Source: Thermoanaerobaculia bacterium
GTDB taxonomy: Bacteria; Acidobacteriota; Thermoanaerobaculia; Multivoradales; Multivoraceae
Length of the DNA: 64,000 nucleotides
Assembly (NCBI GenBank): GCA_963666565.1
Contig: OY762911.1
Location: forward strand, 3,936,001-4,000,000
Reading direction: 5' to 3'
Positions 45,340 through 54,828 of the stretch are shown one piece after another. The notes beneath the pieces were generated by a model. That model worked only from the letters and a program-made list of their open reading frames with translations. It was not told the origin of the DNA and searched no databases. Numbering within the stretch: the stretch's first letter is position 1; each line of letters starts with the position of its first letter. Both the position numbers and the translations under genes were made by a program.

Positions 45340-45933
45340 ATGGACCGAGAAGCAGCCTGGCAGACGGTGCGGGAGTTCGTGAAGGCGCCGGGCCTGAGGA
45401 AACACATGCTGGCGGTCGAGGCCGCGATGCGTTGGTACGCGGAACAGCTTGGCGGCAACCCGGAGTCCTGGGGCCTCGCCGGCCTGCTCCACGACTTCGA
45501 CTGGGAGATCCACCCCACTCTCGAACAGCACCCGGCCGACGGCGCGCCGATCCTGCGCGAGCGCGGCCTGGACAAGGGCATCGTCAGGACAATCCTCTCG
45601 CACAACACGGAGGGCACCGGCGTCGAGCGGGAGACCGCGCGCGACTACGCCCTGCTGGCCTGCGACGAGATCACGGGGCTCATCAGCGCCGCCGCGCTTA
45701 TCCGTCCGAGCAAGGACGTGCGCGACGTTCCGCTCAAGTCCGTCCGCAAGCGCTGGAAGCAGCGTGCCTTCGCCGCCGGCGTCGACCGCGAGCACGTCGA
45801 GGAAGTCACCGCCGACTTCAGCCGCGAGTGCTTCGACGGCGAACTCGAACTCTGGCAGCACGCCGGCAACGTGCTGGCGGCGATGCAGGGCATCGCGGCC
45901 GAGCTGGAGCTCGACGGCCGGCTGGCGAAGTGA
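45340..45933 (+). CDS. HD-domain (HDIG-like) metal-dependent hydrolase
   Basis: LRKHMLAVEAAM, GLLHDFDWE, ILSH, ACDEITG, FAAGVDR. Confidence 0.88.
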   Translation: MDREAAWQTVREFVKAPGLRKHMLAVEAAMRWYAEQLGGNPESWGLAGLLHDFDWEIHPTLEQHPADGAPILRERGLDKGIVRTILSHNTEGTGVERETARDYALLACDEITGLISAAALIRPSKDVRDVPLKSVRKRWKQRAFAAGVDREHVEEVTADFSRECFDGELELWQHAGNVLAAMQGIAAELELDGRLAK

Positions 45934-47390
45934 TCTTCCTGGCGCTGTCTGCGTTGCTCGCGGGGGCCGTGGCGGCGCAAGAACACACCGCCCGAACCAA
46001 CGTCCTCTGGATCGACATCGACGACCAATCGCCCTGGTACTCGAGTTACGGGCACGACGTCGTCGAGACGCCCAACATCGACGCGCTGGCGCGACAGGGC
46101 GTCCTGTTCGAGCGGGCGTACGCGCCGACGCCGGTGTGCAGCCCGACCCGTTCCTCGCTGATCACCGGCAGCTACGCCATCCGGATCGGAGCGCACGACC
46201 ATCGTTCGGGGCGGGTTCCCGGCTACCGGATCCACCTGCCGAAAGGGGTCGTGACCGTTCCCGAACTGTTCCGGGCCGCGGGCTACGAGACCTGGAACGC
46301 CAGCAAGGACGACTTCAACTTCTCCTACGACCGCGCGAAGCTCTACACGATCGGCCCCGAGCCGTCGGACATCCCGTCCTGGAAGGGCCCTCAGGGCGGC
46401 GGGCACTGGCGCGACGTGTCCGAAGGCAAGCCGTTCTTCGGGCACACGAAGGTCGCCGGCGGCAAGGCCGTCGCAACCATCGCCGAGGAGTTGAAGGCGC
46501 TCGGTCTTGGGCCCGTGGATCCGGTGGACGTGCCGGTGCCGGCGCAGTACCCCGACGTACCCCAGGTGCGCCGCCACATCGCCGATCACTACAACTCGAT
46601 CCTGCGCACCGACCACCAGGTAGGCGAGCTGGTGGCGCAACTGAAGGCCGACGGACTCTGGGCAAGCACCGTCCTCGTGCTCTTCTCGGACCACGGCTCC
46701 GATCTGCCCCGGAGCAAGGAGTTCTCCTACGACGAAGGCCTGAGGATTCCGCTGATCGTCGTCGCGCCGGGACGACCGGAGGTCGTCAAGCCCGGCACGC
46801 GACGGGACGATCTCGTCAACCTGATGGACATCGCGGCCACGTCGCTGGCGCTCGCCGGCCTCGACGTGCCGGAGTTCATGGACGCGAAGGACATCTTCGA
46901 TCCGGACTACCGCCGCGACTACGTGTTCACCTCGGCCGACCGCATGTCGAACGTCATCGACCGGGTCCGATCCGTGGTGGGACCGCGTTACCACTACATC
47001 AGGAACTTCCTGCTGGACCGGCCGCTCATCAACTGGGGCCATCGGGAGATGATCGACCTCGCGGGCGATTCGGATGACAGCAGCTTCCTGACGATCCGGC
47101 GACTGGCCGGGGAAGGCAAGCTGACGCCCGCCCAGGCCGCGCCCTACGGGCAACGCGTCGCCGAAGAGCTCTACGATCTCGAGAACGACCCGGACGAAGT
47201 GGTCAACGTGGCCGGAGATCCCGCCCATGCCGGCGTGCTGAACGAGATGCGCGAAGCGCTGGCAGGCTGGATCGAAGACACCGACGACAAAGGCCAGTAC
47301 CCCAGGTCCCAGGCCGCGATGAACGAGATCACCGAGCGCTTCGCCAAGGACTGGCTTCGAAGCCCCGAGTTCCGCGATCTGCCGAAGTAG
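45930..47390 (+). CDS. Formylglycine-dependent sulfatase
   Basis: NVLWIDIDD, CSPTRSSLITG (CxPxR), FSDHG, EELYDLENDP. GTG overlaps the upstream stop. Confidence 0.92.
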   Translation: MIFLALSALLAGAVAAQEHTARTNVLWIDIDDQSPWYSSYGHDVVETPNIDALARQGVLFERAYAPTPVCSPTRSSLITGSYAIRIGAHDHRSGRVPGYRIHLPKGVVTVPELFRAAGYETWNASKDDFNFSYDRAKLYTIGPEPSDIPSWKGPQGGGHWRDVSEGKPFFGHTKVAGGKAVATIAEELKALGLGPVDPVDVPVPAQYPDVPQVRRHIADHYNSILRTDHQVGELVAQLKADGLWASTVLVLFSDHGSDLPRSKEFSYDEGLRIPLIVVAPGRPEVVKPGTRRDDLVNLMDIAATSLALAGLDVPEFMDAKDIFDPDYRRDYVFTSADRMSNVIDRVRSVVGPRYHYIRNFLLDRPLINWGHREMIDLAGDSDDSSFLTIRRLAGEGKLTPAQAAPYGQRVAEELYDLENDPDEVVNVAGDPAHAGVLNEMREALAGWIEDTDDKGQYPRSQAAMNEITERFAKDWLRSPEFRDLPK

Positions 47391-47416
47391 GGGCCGGCAA
47401 CAGCCCGCCGAACCGC

Positions 47417-48658
47417 CTACGCCTTCGACGGATACCGGCTCTCCACGTACTCCCCGACGATCCGGGTGAACTGGGCGGACAGTTCCGCGGCGGTGCCCCG
47501 CAACGTCGTGAACTGCCGGCCGTCGACGTAGACCGGGCAGGTCGGCGCTTCGCCGGTGCCCGGCAGCGAGATGCCGATGTCGGCGGCCTTCGACTCGCCG
47601 GGGCCGTTCACGACGCAGCCCATGACGGCGAGCTTCAACTCCTCAACGCCATCGAAGCGGCTGCGCCACTCGGGCATGTTCGCCTCGATGAAGTCCTCGA
47701 CCTTCAGCGCCAGCTCCTGGAAGGTCGTGCTCGTTGTGCGGCCACAACCCGGGCAGGCGGTGACGCTGGGCGCGAAGGCGCGGAGCCCCAGCGCCTGGAG
47801 CAGCTCGCGGCAGGCGTGGACCTCCTCGCGGCGATCGCCGCCGGGCCGCGGGGTCAGGGACGTTCGAATCGTGTCGCCGATACCTTCGGCCAGCAGGACC
47901 GACATCGCCGACGACGACCAGATCAGCCCCTTGAGCCCCATCCCGGCTTCGGTCAGGCCGAGGTGAAGCGGCTGCCGCGTGCGGCTCGCGAGGTTCCGGT
48001 AGACCTCGATCAGGTCTCTGGGCGAGGACGTCTTGCACGAGATGACGATCTGCTCCTCCGTCAGGCCGCAGTCGAGCGCCAGCTCGGTGGAACGGAGCGC
48101 CGACAGCACCATGCACTCGCCGACGATCTCCTGCGACGTCTTGCCGAGGTCGCGATCCGTGTTCTCCTCCATCTTCGCCACCAGCAGGTCCTGATCCAGC
48201 GACCCGCCGTTGACGCCTATGCGAACCGGCTTCCCGAGCCTCCGGGCCACCTCGCAGATCGCCGCGAACTGGGGATCCCGGCGGCCGCCGCGGCCGACGT
48301 TGCCGGGGTTGATCCGCAGCTTCGCGAGAGCCCTCGCGCACGCCGGATGCCGCTCCAGGAGGATGTGGCCGTTGTAGTGAAAGTCGCCGACCAGGGGCGC
48401 TTCGCAACCCTCGGCGTCGAGCCGGGCACGGATCTCGGGCACGGCGACCGCCGCCGCGTCGACGTTCACGGTGACCCGCACCAGTTCGGAGCCGGCCTCC
48501 GTCAGCGCCAGCGCCTGGGCGGTCGTCGCCTCGACGTCCGCGGTGTCGGTGCTCGTCATCGACTGGACGACCACCGGCGCGCCTCCGCCCACGGCCACGC
48601 CGCCGACGTCGACCGGGTGAGTCGTGCTGCGATGCGCTTCCGGCGCGGCAACCGCCAT
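47417..48658 (-). CDS. ispG: (E)-4-hydroxy-3-methylbut-2-enyl-diphosphate synthase
   Basis: VQSMT, GDFHYNG, RINPGN, RIGVNGGSL, HLGLTEAG, GDTIR, CPGCGRT, MGCVVNGPGE. Confidence 0.96.
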   Translation of the reverse strand: MAVAAPEAHRSTTHPVDVGGVAVGGGAPVVVQSMTSTDTADVEATTAQALALTEAGSELVRVTVNVDAAAVAVPEIRARLDAEGCEAPLVGDFHYNGHILLERHPACARALAKLRINPGNVGRGGRRDPQFAAICEVARRLGKPVRIGVNGGSLDQDLLVAKMEENTDRDLGKTSQEIVGECMVLSALRSTELALDCGLTEEQIVISCKTSSPRDLIEVYRNLASRTRQPLHLGLTEAGMGLKGLIWSSSAMSVLLAEGIGDTIRTSLTPRPGGDRREEVHACRELLQALGLRAFAPSVTACPGCGRTTSTTFQELALKVEDFIEANMPEWRSRFDGVEELKLAVMGCVVNGPGESKAADIGISLPGTGEAPTCPVYVDGRQFTTLRGTAAELSAQFTRIVGEYVESRYPSKA

Positions 48659-48698
48659 GACGACGGCAGGCTACAGCACCCAAGTAGCATGACTGCCC

Positions 48699-51686
48699 AT
48701 GTCCAAGCGTCAGCGGCCAGACCGGGACAACCTGCGACGGTCCCTTGCAACAGGCCTTGCGACGATCGCGGGGCTTTCGAGCCTCGCCTTCGCCCAACCG
48801 CTCTACGACCTGCTGCGGCGGGCGCCGGAGTTCTTCGCCATCCGGGATCTCTCGATGGTCGACCTCCTGACGCTCGTCCTTCTGTTGGCGGTCGTTCCAA
48901 CACTGGTGCTCGGCGCACCGGCCCTTCTCGCGCGGGTCATCCGTCCTCCCTGGACCAGGCAGGCCGCGGCAGCCGCGGTTGGTCTCCTGACCGCGATCAT
49001 CGGCCTCCAGGCGCTCCGGGCCCTGCCCACGGCCGCCGCCGTTGCCGTCTCGGCCTTGACAGCCGCGGCCGCCGCCTGGGCCTATCTCCGCTTCCAGGGC
49101 GTTCGCTCCTTCGGCCTGCTTCTGTCCGCCGCAGCGATCATCGTCCCTGCCCTGCTAGTGATCGACCCGCGCGTCCGGCAGAGCGCCGCCTTCGCGAGCC
49201 GCGATGTCGCCGTGGACGAGACCGATACCGGTGCCCGCGCACCCATCGTCCTCGTCATCTTCGACGAGTGGTCCCTGACCTCAATCCTGGATCGGACGGG
49301 CTCGATCGACCGGGAGCGCCTCCCCAATCTGGCAGCGCTCGGCGACCGTGCCACGTGGTACCCCAACGCAACGGCCGCCGCGGACGTCTCCGAGCTCGCC
49401 GTACCGGCGATGCTGACCGGTTCCGCTGCCCGCCACGGGCAACTCCCGACAGCCGCCGAGCACCCGGTCAACCTGTTCACCCTGCTCGCAGCAAGCCACG
49501 ACCTGTACGTTGTCGAGCCGATCACTTCGCTGTGCCCGCCTCAACTCAACCTGCTCGCGGAGTCCCGACAACCCACCCGCGAACGTCTCGGCCTCCTGGT
49601 TTCCGACCTTACGCTCGTCTGGCTCAAACTCACCCTGCCGTCGCCCTGGAGGGACCGCTTCCCGGAGGTGACGCAGACCTGGAGCGGCTTCGGCCACGAC
49701 GCACCGCGGACGGCCGAGGCGCCGCCGACCGACCAGCCGGTTCCGCGCGCCCTGTTCCACCTGAGCCGAACCGACCGGGCGGCCGAGTTCCGTCGCTTCG
49801 TTCAAGTGATCGGAAGTCCGAACGAGCGACCGGGATTCTACTTCCTCCATTCGATGCTGCCCCACGCACCCTGGGAGTACCTGCCCTCCGGTCGCCGCTA
49901 TGAGGCTCCCTCGGGCGGCGTCCATGGTCTCGAACGGGAGCTCTGGAGCGAGAGCCCTTGGCCCGTTCTGCACCACCGGAAGCGCTATCTGCTGCAGGTC
50001 GAGTTCCTGGATCGCCTGATCGGCGAACTCACAGCCCAGCTCAAGTCGACCGGACTGTTCGATCAGAGCCTGATCGTAATCACCGCAGACCACGGAATCG
50101 CCTTCCGACCAGGCAGGTCCCGGCGCTTGCTGGAGCTCACCGACCTCGAAGGCGGCCAACCGCTCGACCTGGCCAACGTACCTCTGCTGGTCAAGGCACC
50201 GTTCCAGCTGCACCCTGGCGTCGATCAGGCACCGATCTCTCTCGCCGGAATGACGCCGCTGGTCCTCGATCTGGCGGGCGCCGAGGAGGGCAGGACGCCA
50301 CAGCCGAAGAGAGCATCAGCCTCACCGGCGATGGTCGGCAAGTACGCAGGCGAAGTCGAGTTGGCCGCCGACCGCGAGTCGTGGCGGCAAAGCAGACTCA
50401 CCGAGCAGGCAGGGCTTCTGGGGCAATCGAACGACCCCATGGCGATCGGCGTGCGCCCGGAGCTCCATGGCCGCCCTGCGACCGACCTGACGGTCCGGAA
50501 CAGCGAACTGACCATCGAGCTCACGGACGCCTGGGCCTGGGACCACGTCGACCCCGCCCTGACGGACGTTCCGGCGCTGGTCGAAGGTTCCTTCGACCGC
50601 CGGAGTCTTCCCGGCGACCCGGATGTCGCCGTCGCCCTGAACGGCGTGGTCGCTGCCACCGTGAGGCCCCACATCGGGCCTGAGGGACGTCTCCGCATCG
50701 CCGCGGTGCTCCCGGAGTCCGGGCTCGCGGCCGGCCTCAACCAGGTCGACATCTTCCTCGTCGCAGAGACCGACGGGGAAGTTGAACTAGAGCATGTCCA
50801 ACGGGTCCGCTACCCGGTCTACGCCACGTCCCGCGACGAAAGAGGGCGAATCGGCGCGCTGGTCCGTCGCTCCAGAAGCGCTCTGGACGATTCGCCCGAC
50901 CGGTTCCGGGTCGTGCGACCCGACCCGGAAGGTCTGTTCGGCAACCTCGACGGCAGCCTCGAGACGGTTGCCACCTTCCAGGGCTGGGCCATCGACCGCG
51001 AGGCTCCGGACGGTGTCGAAGAAGTCGTTGCCTTCCTGGCGGGTCGTCCATTCGCGGTGAGCGCAGTGGCTCTGGAGAGGCCGGACGTAGCCGAACGCCA
51101 CGGCAGCGAGCACATGCGTAGCGGCTTTCTGCTCCGGCCGCCCGCCGGCAGCTCCGAAGGCCAACTCTTCGGCCAGCGCGAGGGCATGTACGACGCATTG
51201 CACCGCGAGGGCGTCGTCGCCTATGCCGTCTCGCGCCGGGGCCGCGCGGCGCGCCTCCGCTTCTCTTACCTGCCGATCGAACGTCGCGGGCACGCTAGCG
51301 AGACGATGCCGATCACCGACGGCCGGCGACTCACCGTGCAACAGCCGGGCAACGGCTTCGACGGCTCAGTCGACATCGTGACCAGGTGGAACAGTGCCAC
51401 GGTCATCGAAGGCTGGGCCGCCGACCTCGAGCGCAGCGAACGGCCCCGCCAGATCGTCATCTACCGCGACGGCGAGTTCCTTGCCAGCCTCGGCATCAAC
51501 AGAGACCGGCCGGACGTCCGGGAACGCTACGACGACCAGCGGCTGCTGCGCACAGGTTTCCGCGGCGCTGTGCCCGACGCTCCAGAGCCGGCGACCTTCA
51601 GCGAGCAGCACCGCGTGTTCGCCATCATGCTCCGCGGCGTCGCGCTTGAGCTGAGGAGCCTCTCCGCATCACCGCCGGATCCCTAA
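48699..51686 (+). CDS. Membrane-anchored alkaline-phosphatase-superfamily (LtaS/sulfatase-like) protein with shared C-terminal module
   Basis: About 5 N-terminal TM helices; LVIFDEW, VPAMLTG, HSMLPHAPW, ITADHG; no CxPxR. The C-tail has two GWAxD...RPDV...GF units. Confidence 0.8.
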   Translation: MSKRQRPDRDNLRRSLATGLATIAGLSSLAFAQPLYDLLRRAPEFFAIRDLSMVDLLTLVLLLAVVPTLVLGAPALLARVIRPPWTRQAAAAAVGLLTAIIGLQALRALPTAAAVAVSALTAAAAAWAYLRFQGVRSFGLLLSAAAIIVPALLVIDPRVRQSAAFASRDVAVDETDTGARAPIVLVIFDEWSLTSILDRTGSIDRERLPNLAALGDRATWYPNATAAADVSELAVPAMLTGSAARHGQLPTAAEHPVNLFTLLAASHDLYVVEPITSLCPPQLNLLAESRQPTRERLGLLVSDLTLVWLKLTLPSPWRDRFPEVTQTWSGFGHDAPRTAEAPPTDQPVPRALFHLSRTDRAAEFRRFVQVIGSPNERPGFYFLHSMLPHAPWEYLPSGRRYEAPSGGVHGLERELWSESPWPVLHHRKRYLLQVEFLDRLIGELTAQLKSTGLFDQSLIVITADHGIAFRPGRSRRLLELTDLEGGQPLDLANVPLLVKAPFQLHPGVDQAPISLAGMTPLVLDLAGAEEGRTPQPKRASASPAMVGKYAGEVELAADRESWRQSRLTEQAGLLGQSNDPMAIGVRPELHGRPATDLTVRNSELTIELTDAWAWDHVDPALTDVPALVEGSFDRRSLPGDPDVAVALNGVVAATVRPHIGPEGRLRIAAVLPESGLAAGLNQVDIFLVAETDGEVELEHVQRVRYPVYATSRDERGRIGALVRRSRSALDDSPDRFRVVRPDPEGLFGNLDGSLETVATFQGWAIDREAPDGVEEVVAFLAGRPFAVSAVALERPDVAERHGSEHMRSGFLLRPPAGSSEGQLFGQREGMYDALHREGVVAYAVSRRGRAARLRFSYLPIERRGHASETMPITDGRRLTVQQPGNGFDGSVDIVTRWNSATVIEGWAADLERSERPRQIVIYRDGEFLASLGINRDRPDVRERYDDQRLLRTGFRGAVPDAPEPATFSEQHRVFAIMLRGVALELRSLSASPPDP

Positions 51687-51754
51687 CGCGCGCGGGTCTC
51701 AGTTCTCTTCAACGCCGCCGCTCTTCTGGATGAACCCGAGTAACATCACCGCCC

Positions 51755-54700
51755 GTGCCACAACGCAAACTGAGTGCCCAGAGGGGAAGGCCGGCGGGTT
51801 CCAAGTCCCGGAAGGCAACGGAGGGCGATGAACCTCCGGGCGCGCTCCTTTCTGGGCTGCTCGCCATCGCCGGTCTGTCCAGCCTTGTCTTCGGCCAACC
51901 TCTCTACGACATCCTGAGACGGTCGCCCGAGTTCTTCGCCATCCGCGACCTGTACATGGGCGACTTGGCCGCTCTAGTGGTTTTGGTAGCCCTCGTCCTG
52001 TGCGCCCCCTCTATCGCCTTGCGCTTCCTCTTTCCCAAGGGAGTGCGCGCGGCGGCAGCCGCCAGCGTCGGTCTGCTGGTCGCGATCGTCGCACTACAGG
52101 CGCTGAAGAGTCTGACGGCACAGGTCGCACTAGCCGCGACCCTTGTCGTCTGGGCCGGCGGAACCGTGGCCTACTTCCGGTTCGCCGCCGTCCGGGGCTT
52201 TGGGAGCCTCCTGTCAGTCGCCGCCATCATCGTGCCAGCGCTTCTCCTGCTCGACGGCGACGTGCGCAGCAGCGCGACCCCTCCGAAAGCAGCGCCCGGG
52301 CTCCTGCCGGACACCGGGGCACGTTCGCCAATCGTCCTGATCATCTTCGACGAGTGGTCCCAGACGTCAATTCTCGATGCCGAGGGGACAGTCGACCGGA
52401 CGCGCTTTCCAAACCTGGCGACTCTCGCCGAACAGGCGACCTGGTACCCAAATGCAACGGCAGCTGCGGACAAGACGGACCTTGCCATCCCGGCCATGTT
52501 GACAGGAGCCAAGCCTGTCTCGGGCCAACTCCCAACCGTGGCCGAGCATCCGGTGAACCTCTTCACTTTGCTCGCGCCCAGCCACGACATCTACGCGGCC
52601 GAGCCCATTACGGGCCTGTGCCCGGCCGACATCAACCTGCTTGGTACAACTCGCCAACCCACACGTGAGCGCCTGAGCCTCCTCTTTTCCGACCTGACAC
52701 TCTTATGGCTCAACGTCACCCTGCCCTCGCCCTGGAGCGACCGGCTACCGGAGATGACCCAGACCTGGAGCGGTTTCGGCCGCGATGGGCCGAGGGGACC
52801 TGTCCCGCCACCGGCGGACCAGCCCTTTCCGCGCGCCCCCTCCATCCCGGCCAGGACTGACCGGGCGGCCGCTTTTCGCCACTTCGTGCAGGCGATCAAG
52901 GCCCCTCACCCTGGTAGCGAGCGTCCGCAGTTTTTCTTCCTCCACTCTCTGCTCCCCCACGCACCTTGGGAGCACCTCCCCTCGGGCAGTCGCTACGCCT
53001 ATTGGAACGACTACTTTGGCCTTGACCGGGACGTCTGGTCGGAAAGTCCATGGCCTGCTCTCCACCACTACAAACGCTACCTGCTGCAGGTCCAGTTCCT
53101 GGACCGACTGATCGGTGAACTCATTGCACGCCTCAAGGCGAGCCACCTCTTTGAACAAAGCGTGGTGGCCATCACCGCGGACCACGGCGTGGCCTTCCGG
53201 CCCGGCCGCACACGCCGGTTCCTCTTGCCTTCCGATCTGGAGGGCGGTCAACCGCTCGATATTGCCCATGTACCGTTGTTGATCAAGGCGCCGTTTCAGC
53301 AGCAACCCGTGATCGACGAAGCGCCGGTCTCACTGGTCGGGCTGGCCCGAAGGCTCCTCGATCTCGCCGGAGCCGACTCTGGAGCGGCGCGGCTTCCGAA
53401 GCGCACAGCGGAACAGCCTACAATGGCCACCAGGTTCGCCGGTGAAGTGGAGATCCCGGCCGAACGCGAGCAATGGCGCCAAGACCGGGTCGCCGAGCAG
53501 GCGAACCTCCTCGGCAAGTCGAACAGTCCGATGGCTATCGGTGCGCAGCCGGAACTCCACGGCCATACAGCCTCGGACTTCCGCATCCAGAACGGCGAGT
53601 CCTCCCTCGAAATCGACAACGCCTGGATCTGGGACCGCGTCGACCTCAACGACAACATCGTACCTGCGCTGCTCGACGGTACTCTGGTCCCCATCTCGCC
53701 CACTCGGGTTCTTCCCTCCGAACTCACCGTCGCCATCGCCTTGAACGGCGTGATCGAAGCCACCGTGCAGGCCCACGCCAGCACCCGAGCGGGAAGCGCC
53801 CGCATTAGAGCGCTACTGCCCGGAGACCGCCTCGTCAACGGTTTCAACCGAGTCGAGGCCTTCCTGGTAGGCGGCACCTCCAACGACATTCGACTGGAGC
53901 GACTCCGCACAGTACGAATAGGCGGCCCCCGACGACAGCCGCCCCCCGGCACCTATGCACTCAGATGGGACCCGAACGGTCGGCCTGACGGGGTCATCTA
54001 CCGGCCTCAGATCGACGTGCCCGAAACCTGGGAGCGAATCGAGATCGCACAGCGAGATACTGATCTGATCGGCTTCCTCGACGGCAAGGCGGTCGGACAG
54101 GGTCTGGAAGTCAACGGCTGGGCAACAGACCTTCGGCACCCCGGCGAGCTAGTGGAACTCGTCGCGTTCCTGGGAGGGCGTCACGTCTGGAGCGGCACAA
54201 CGGGCTTACCGAGACCCGACGTCGCGGAACGCCATGGGACAGGTCACTCGCGCAGCGGTTTCGTCGTGTCCCTCGCACTCCCGCCCGAGTCCGGCCGACG
54301 CGCTCGACGAAGGGTGTCGGCTTTGGTCGAACGGGAGGGGATCGTTGTATACGCGGTCTCTCGCGGCCGTACAGCGACCCGCCTGCGCTTCGCGTATCGT
54401 CCGCTCGTACGTGGGATCTGGGGCCGGGAGGCCATTCCGGTCAGCGATGGACGGGTCCTGCCGATCAAGCCCTTGGGGGAGGGCTTCGCCGGTGCCATCG
54501 ACGTACTGGCCAAGCCGGACCGCCGAACCGTGATTGAAGGCTGGGCCGCCCATCTGGAACGGCGAGAGCCGCCCCGGCAGGTCGTCGTCTACCGCGATGG
54601 CCAGTTCCTGACCTCGCTCGGAGCAGGAAGAGCCCGCACGGACGTAGCCGAACACTACGAAGATGAACGCCTGAAGAGCGTCGGCTTTCGCGGCCCGGTG

Positions 54701-54814
54701 CCTGGCGCTCCTGATCCTGAACGCTTCGCCGAGCGTCACCGCATCTTCGCCATCATCCTCCAGGGCGTCGCGGTCGAAGTGCCAGTCGCAGCTAGCGAGG
54801 GCGCGACTCGTTAG
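51755..54814 (+). CDS. Paralog of 48699-51686: LtaS/sulfatase-like membrane protein with shared C-terminal module
   Basis: Same motifs (LIIFDEW, IPAMLTG, HSLLPHAPW, ITADHG) and colinear with the upstream gene. Confidence 0.8.
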   Translation: MPQRKLSAQRGRPAGSKSRKATEGDEPPGALLSGLLAIAGLSSLVFGQPLYDILRRSPEFFAIRDLYMGDLAALVVLVALVLCAPSIALRFLFPKGVRAAAAASVGLLVAIVALQALKSLTAQVALAATLVVWAGGTVAYFRFAAVRGFGSLLSVAAIIVPALLLLDGDVRSSATPPKAAPGLLPDTGARSPIVLIIFDEWSQTSILDAEGTVDRTRFPNLATLAEQATWYPNATAAADKTDLAIPAMLTGAKPVSGQLPTVAEHPVNLFTLLAPSHDIYAAEPITGLCPADINLLGTTRQPTRERLSLLFSDLTLLWLNVTLPSPWSDRLPEMTQTWSGFGRDGPRGPVPPPADQPFPRAPSIPARTDRAAAFRHFVQAIKAPHPGSERPQFFFLHSLLPHAPWEHLPSGSRYAYWNDYFGLDRDVWSESPWPALHHYKRYLLQVQFLDRLIGELIARLKASHLFEQSVVAITADHGVAFRPGRTRRFLLPSDLEGGQPLDIAHVPLLIKAPFQQQPVIDEAPVSLVGLARRLLDLAGADSGAARLPKRTAEQPTMATRFAGEVEIPAEREQWRQDRVAEQANLLGKSNSPMAIGAQPELHGHTASDFRIQNGESSLEIDNAWIWDRVDLNDNIVPALLDGTLVPISPTRVLPSELTVAIALNGVIEATVQAHASTRAGSARIRALLPGDRLVNGFNRVEAFLVGGTSNDIRLERLRTVRIGGPRRQPPPGTYALRWDPNGRPDGVIYRPQIDVPETWERIEIAQRDTDLIGFLDGKAVGQGLEVNGWATDLRHPGELVELVAFLGGRHVWSGTTGLPRPDVAERHGTGHSRSGFVVSLALPPESGRRARRRVSALVEREGIVVYAVSRGRTATRLRFAYRPLVRGIWGREAIPVSDGRVLPIKPLGEGFAGAIDVLAKPDRRTVIEGWAAHLERREPPRQVVVYRDGQFLTSLGAGRARTDVAEHYEDERLKSVGFRGPVPGAPDPERFAERHRIFAIILQGVAVEVPVAASEGATR

Positions 54815-54828
54815 CCTGAGCCAGGCCT

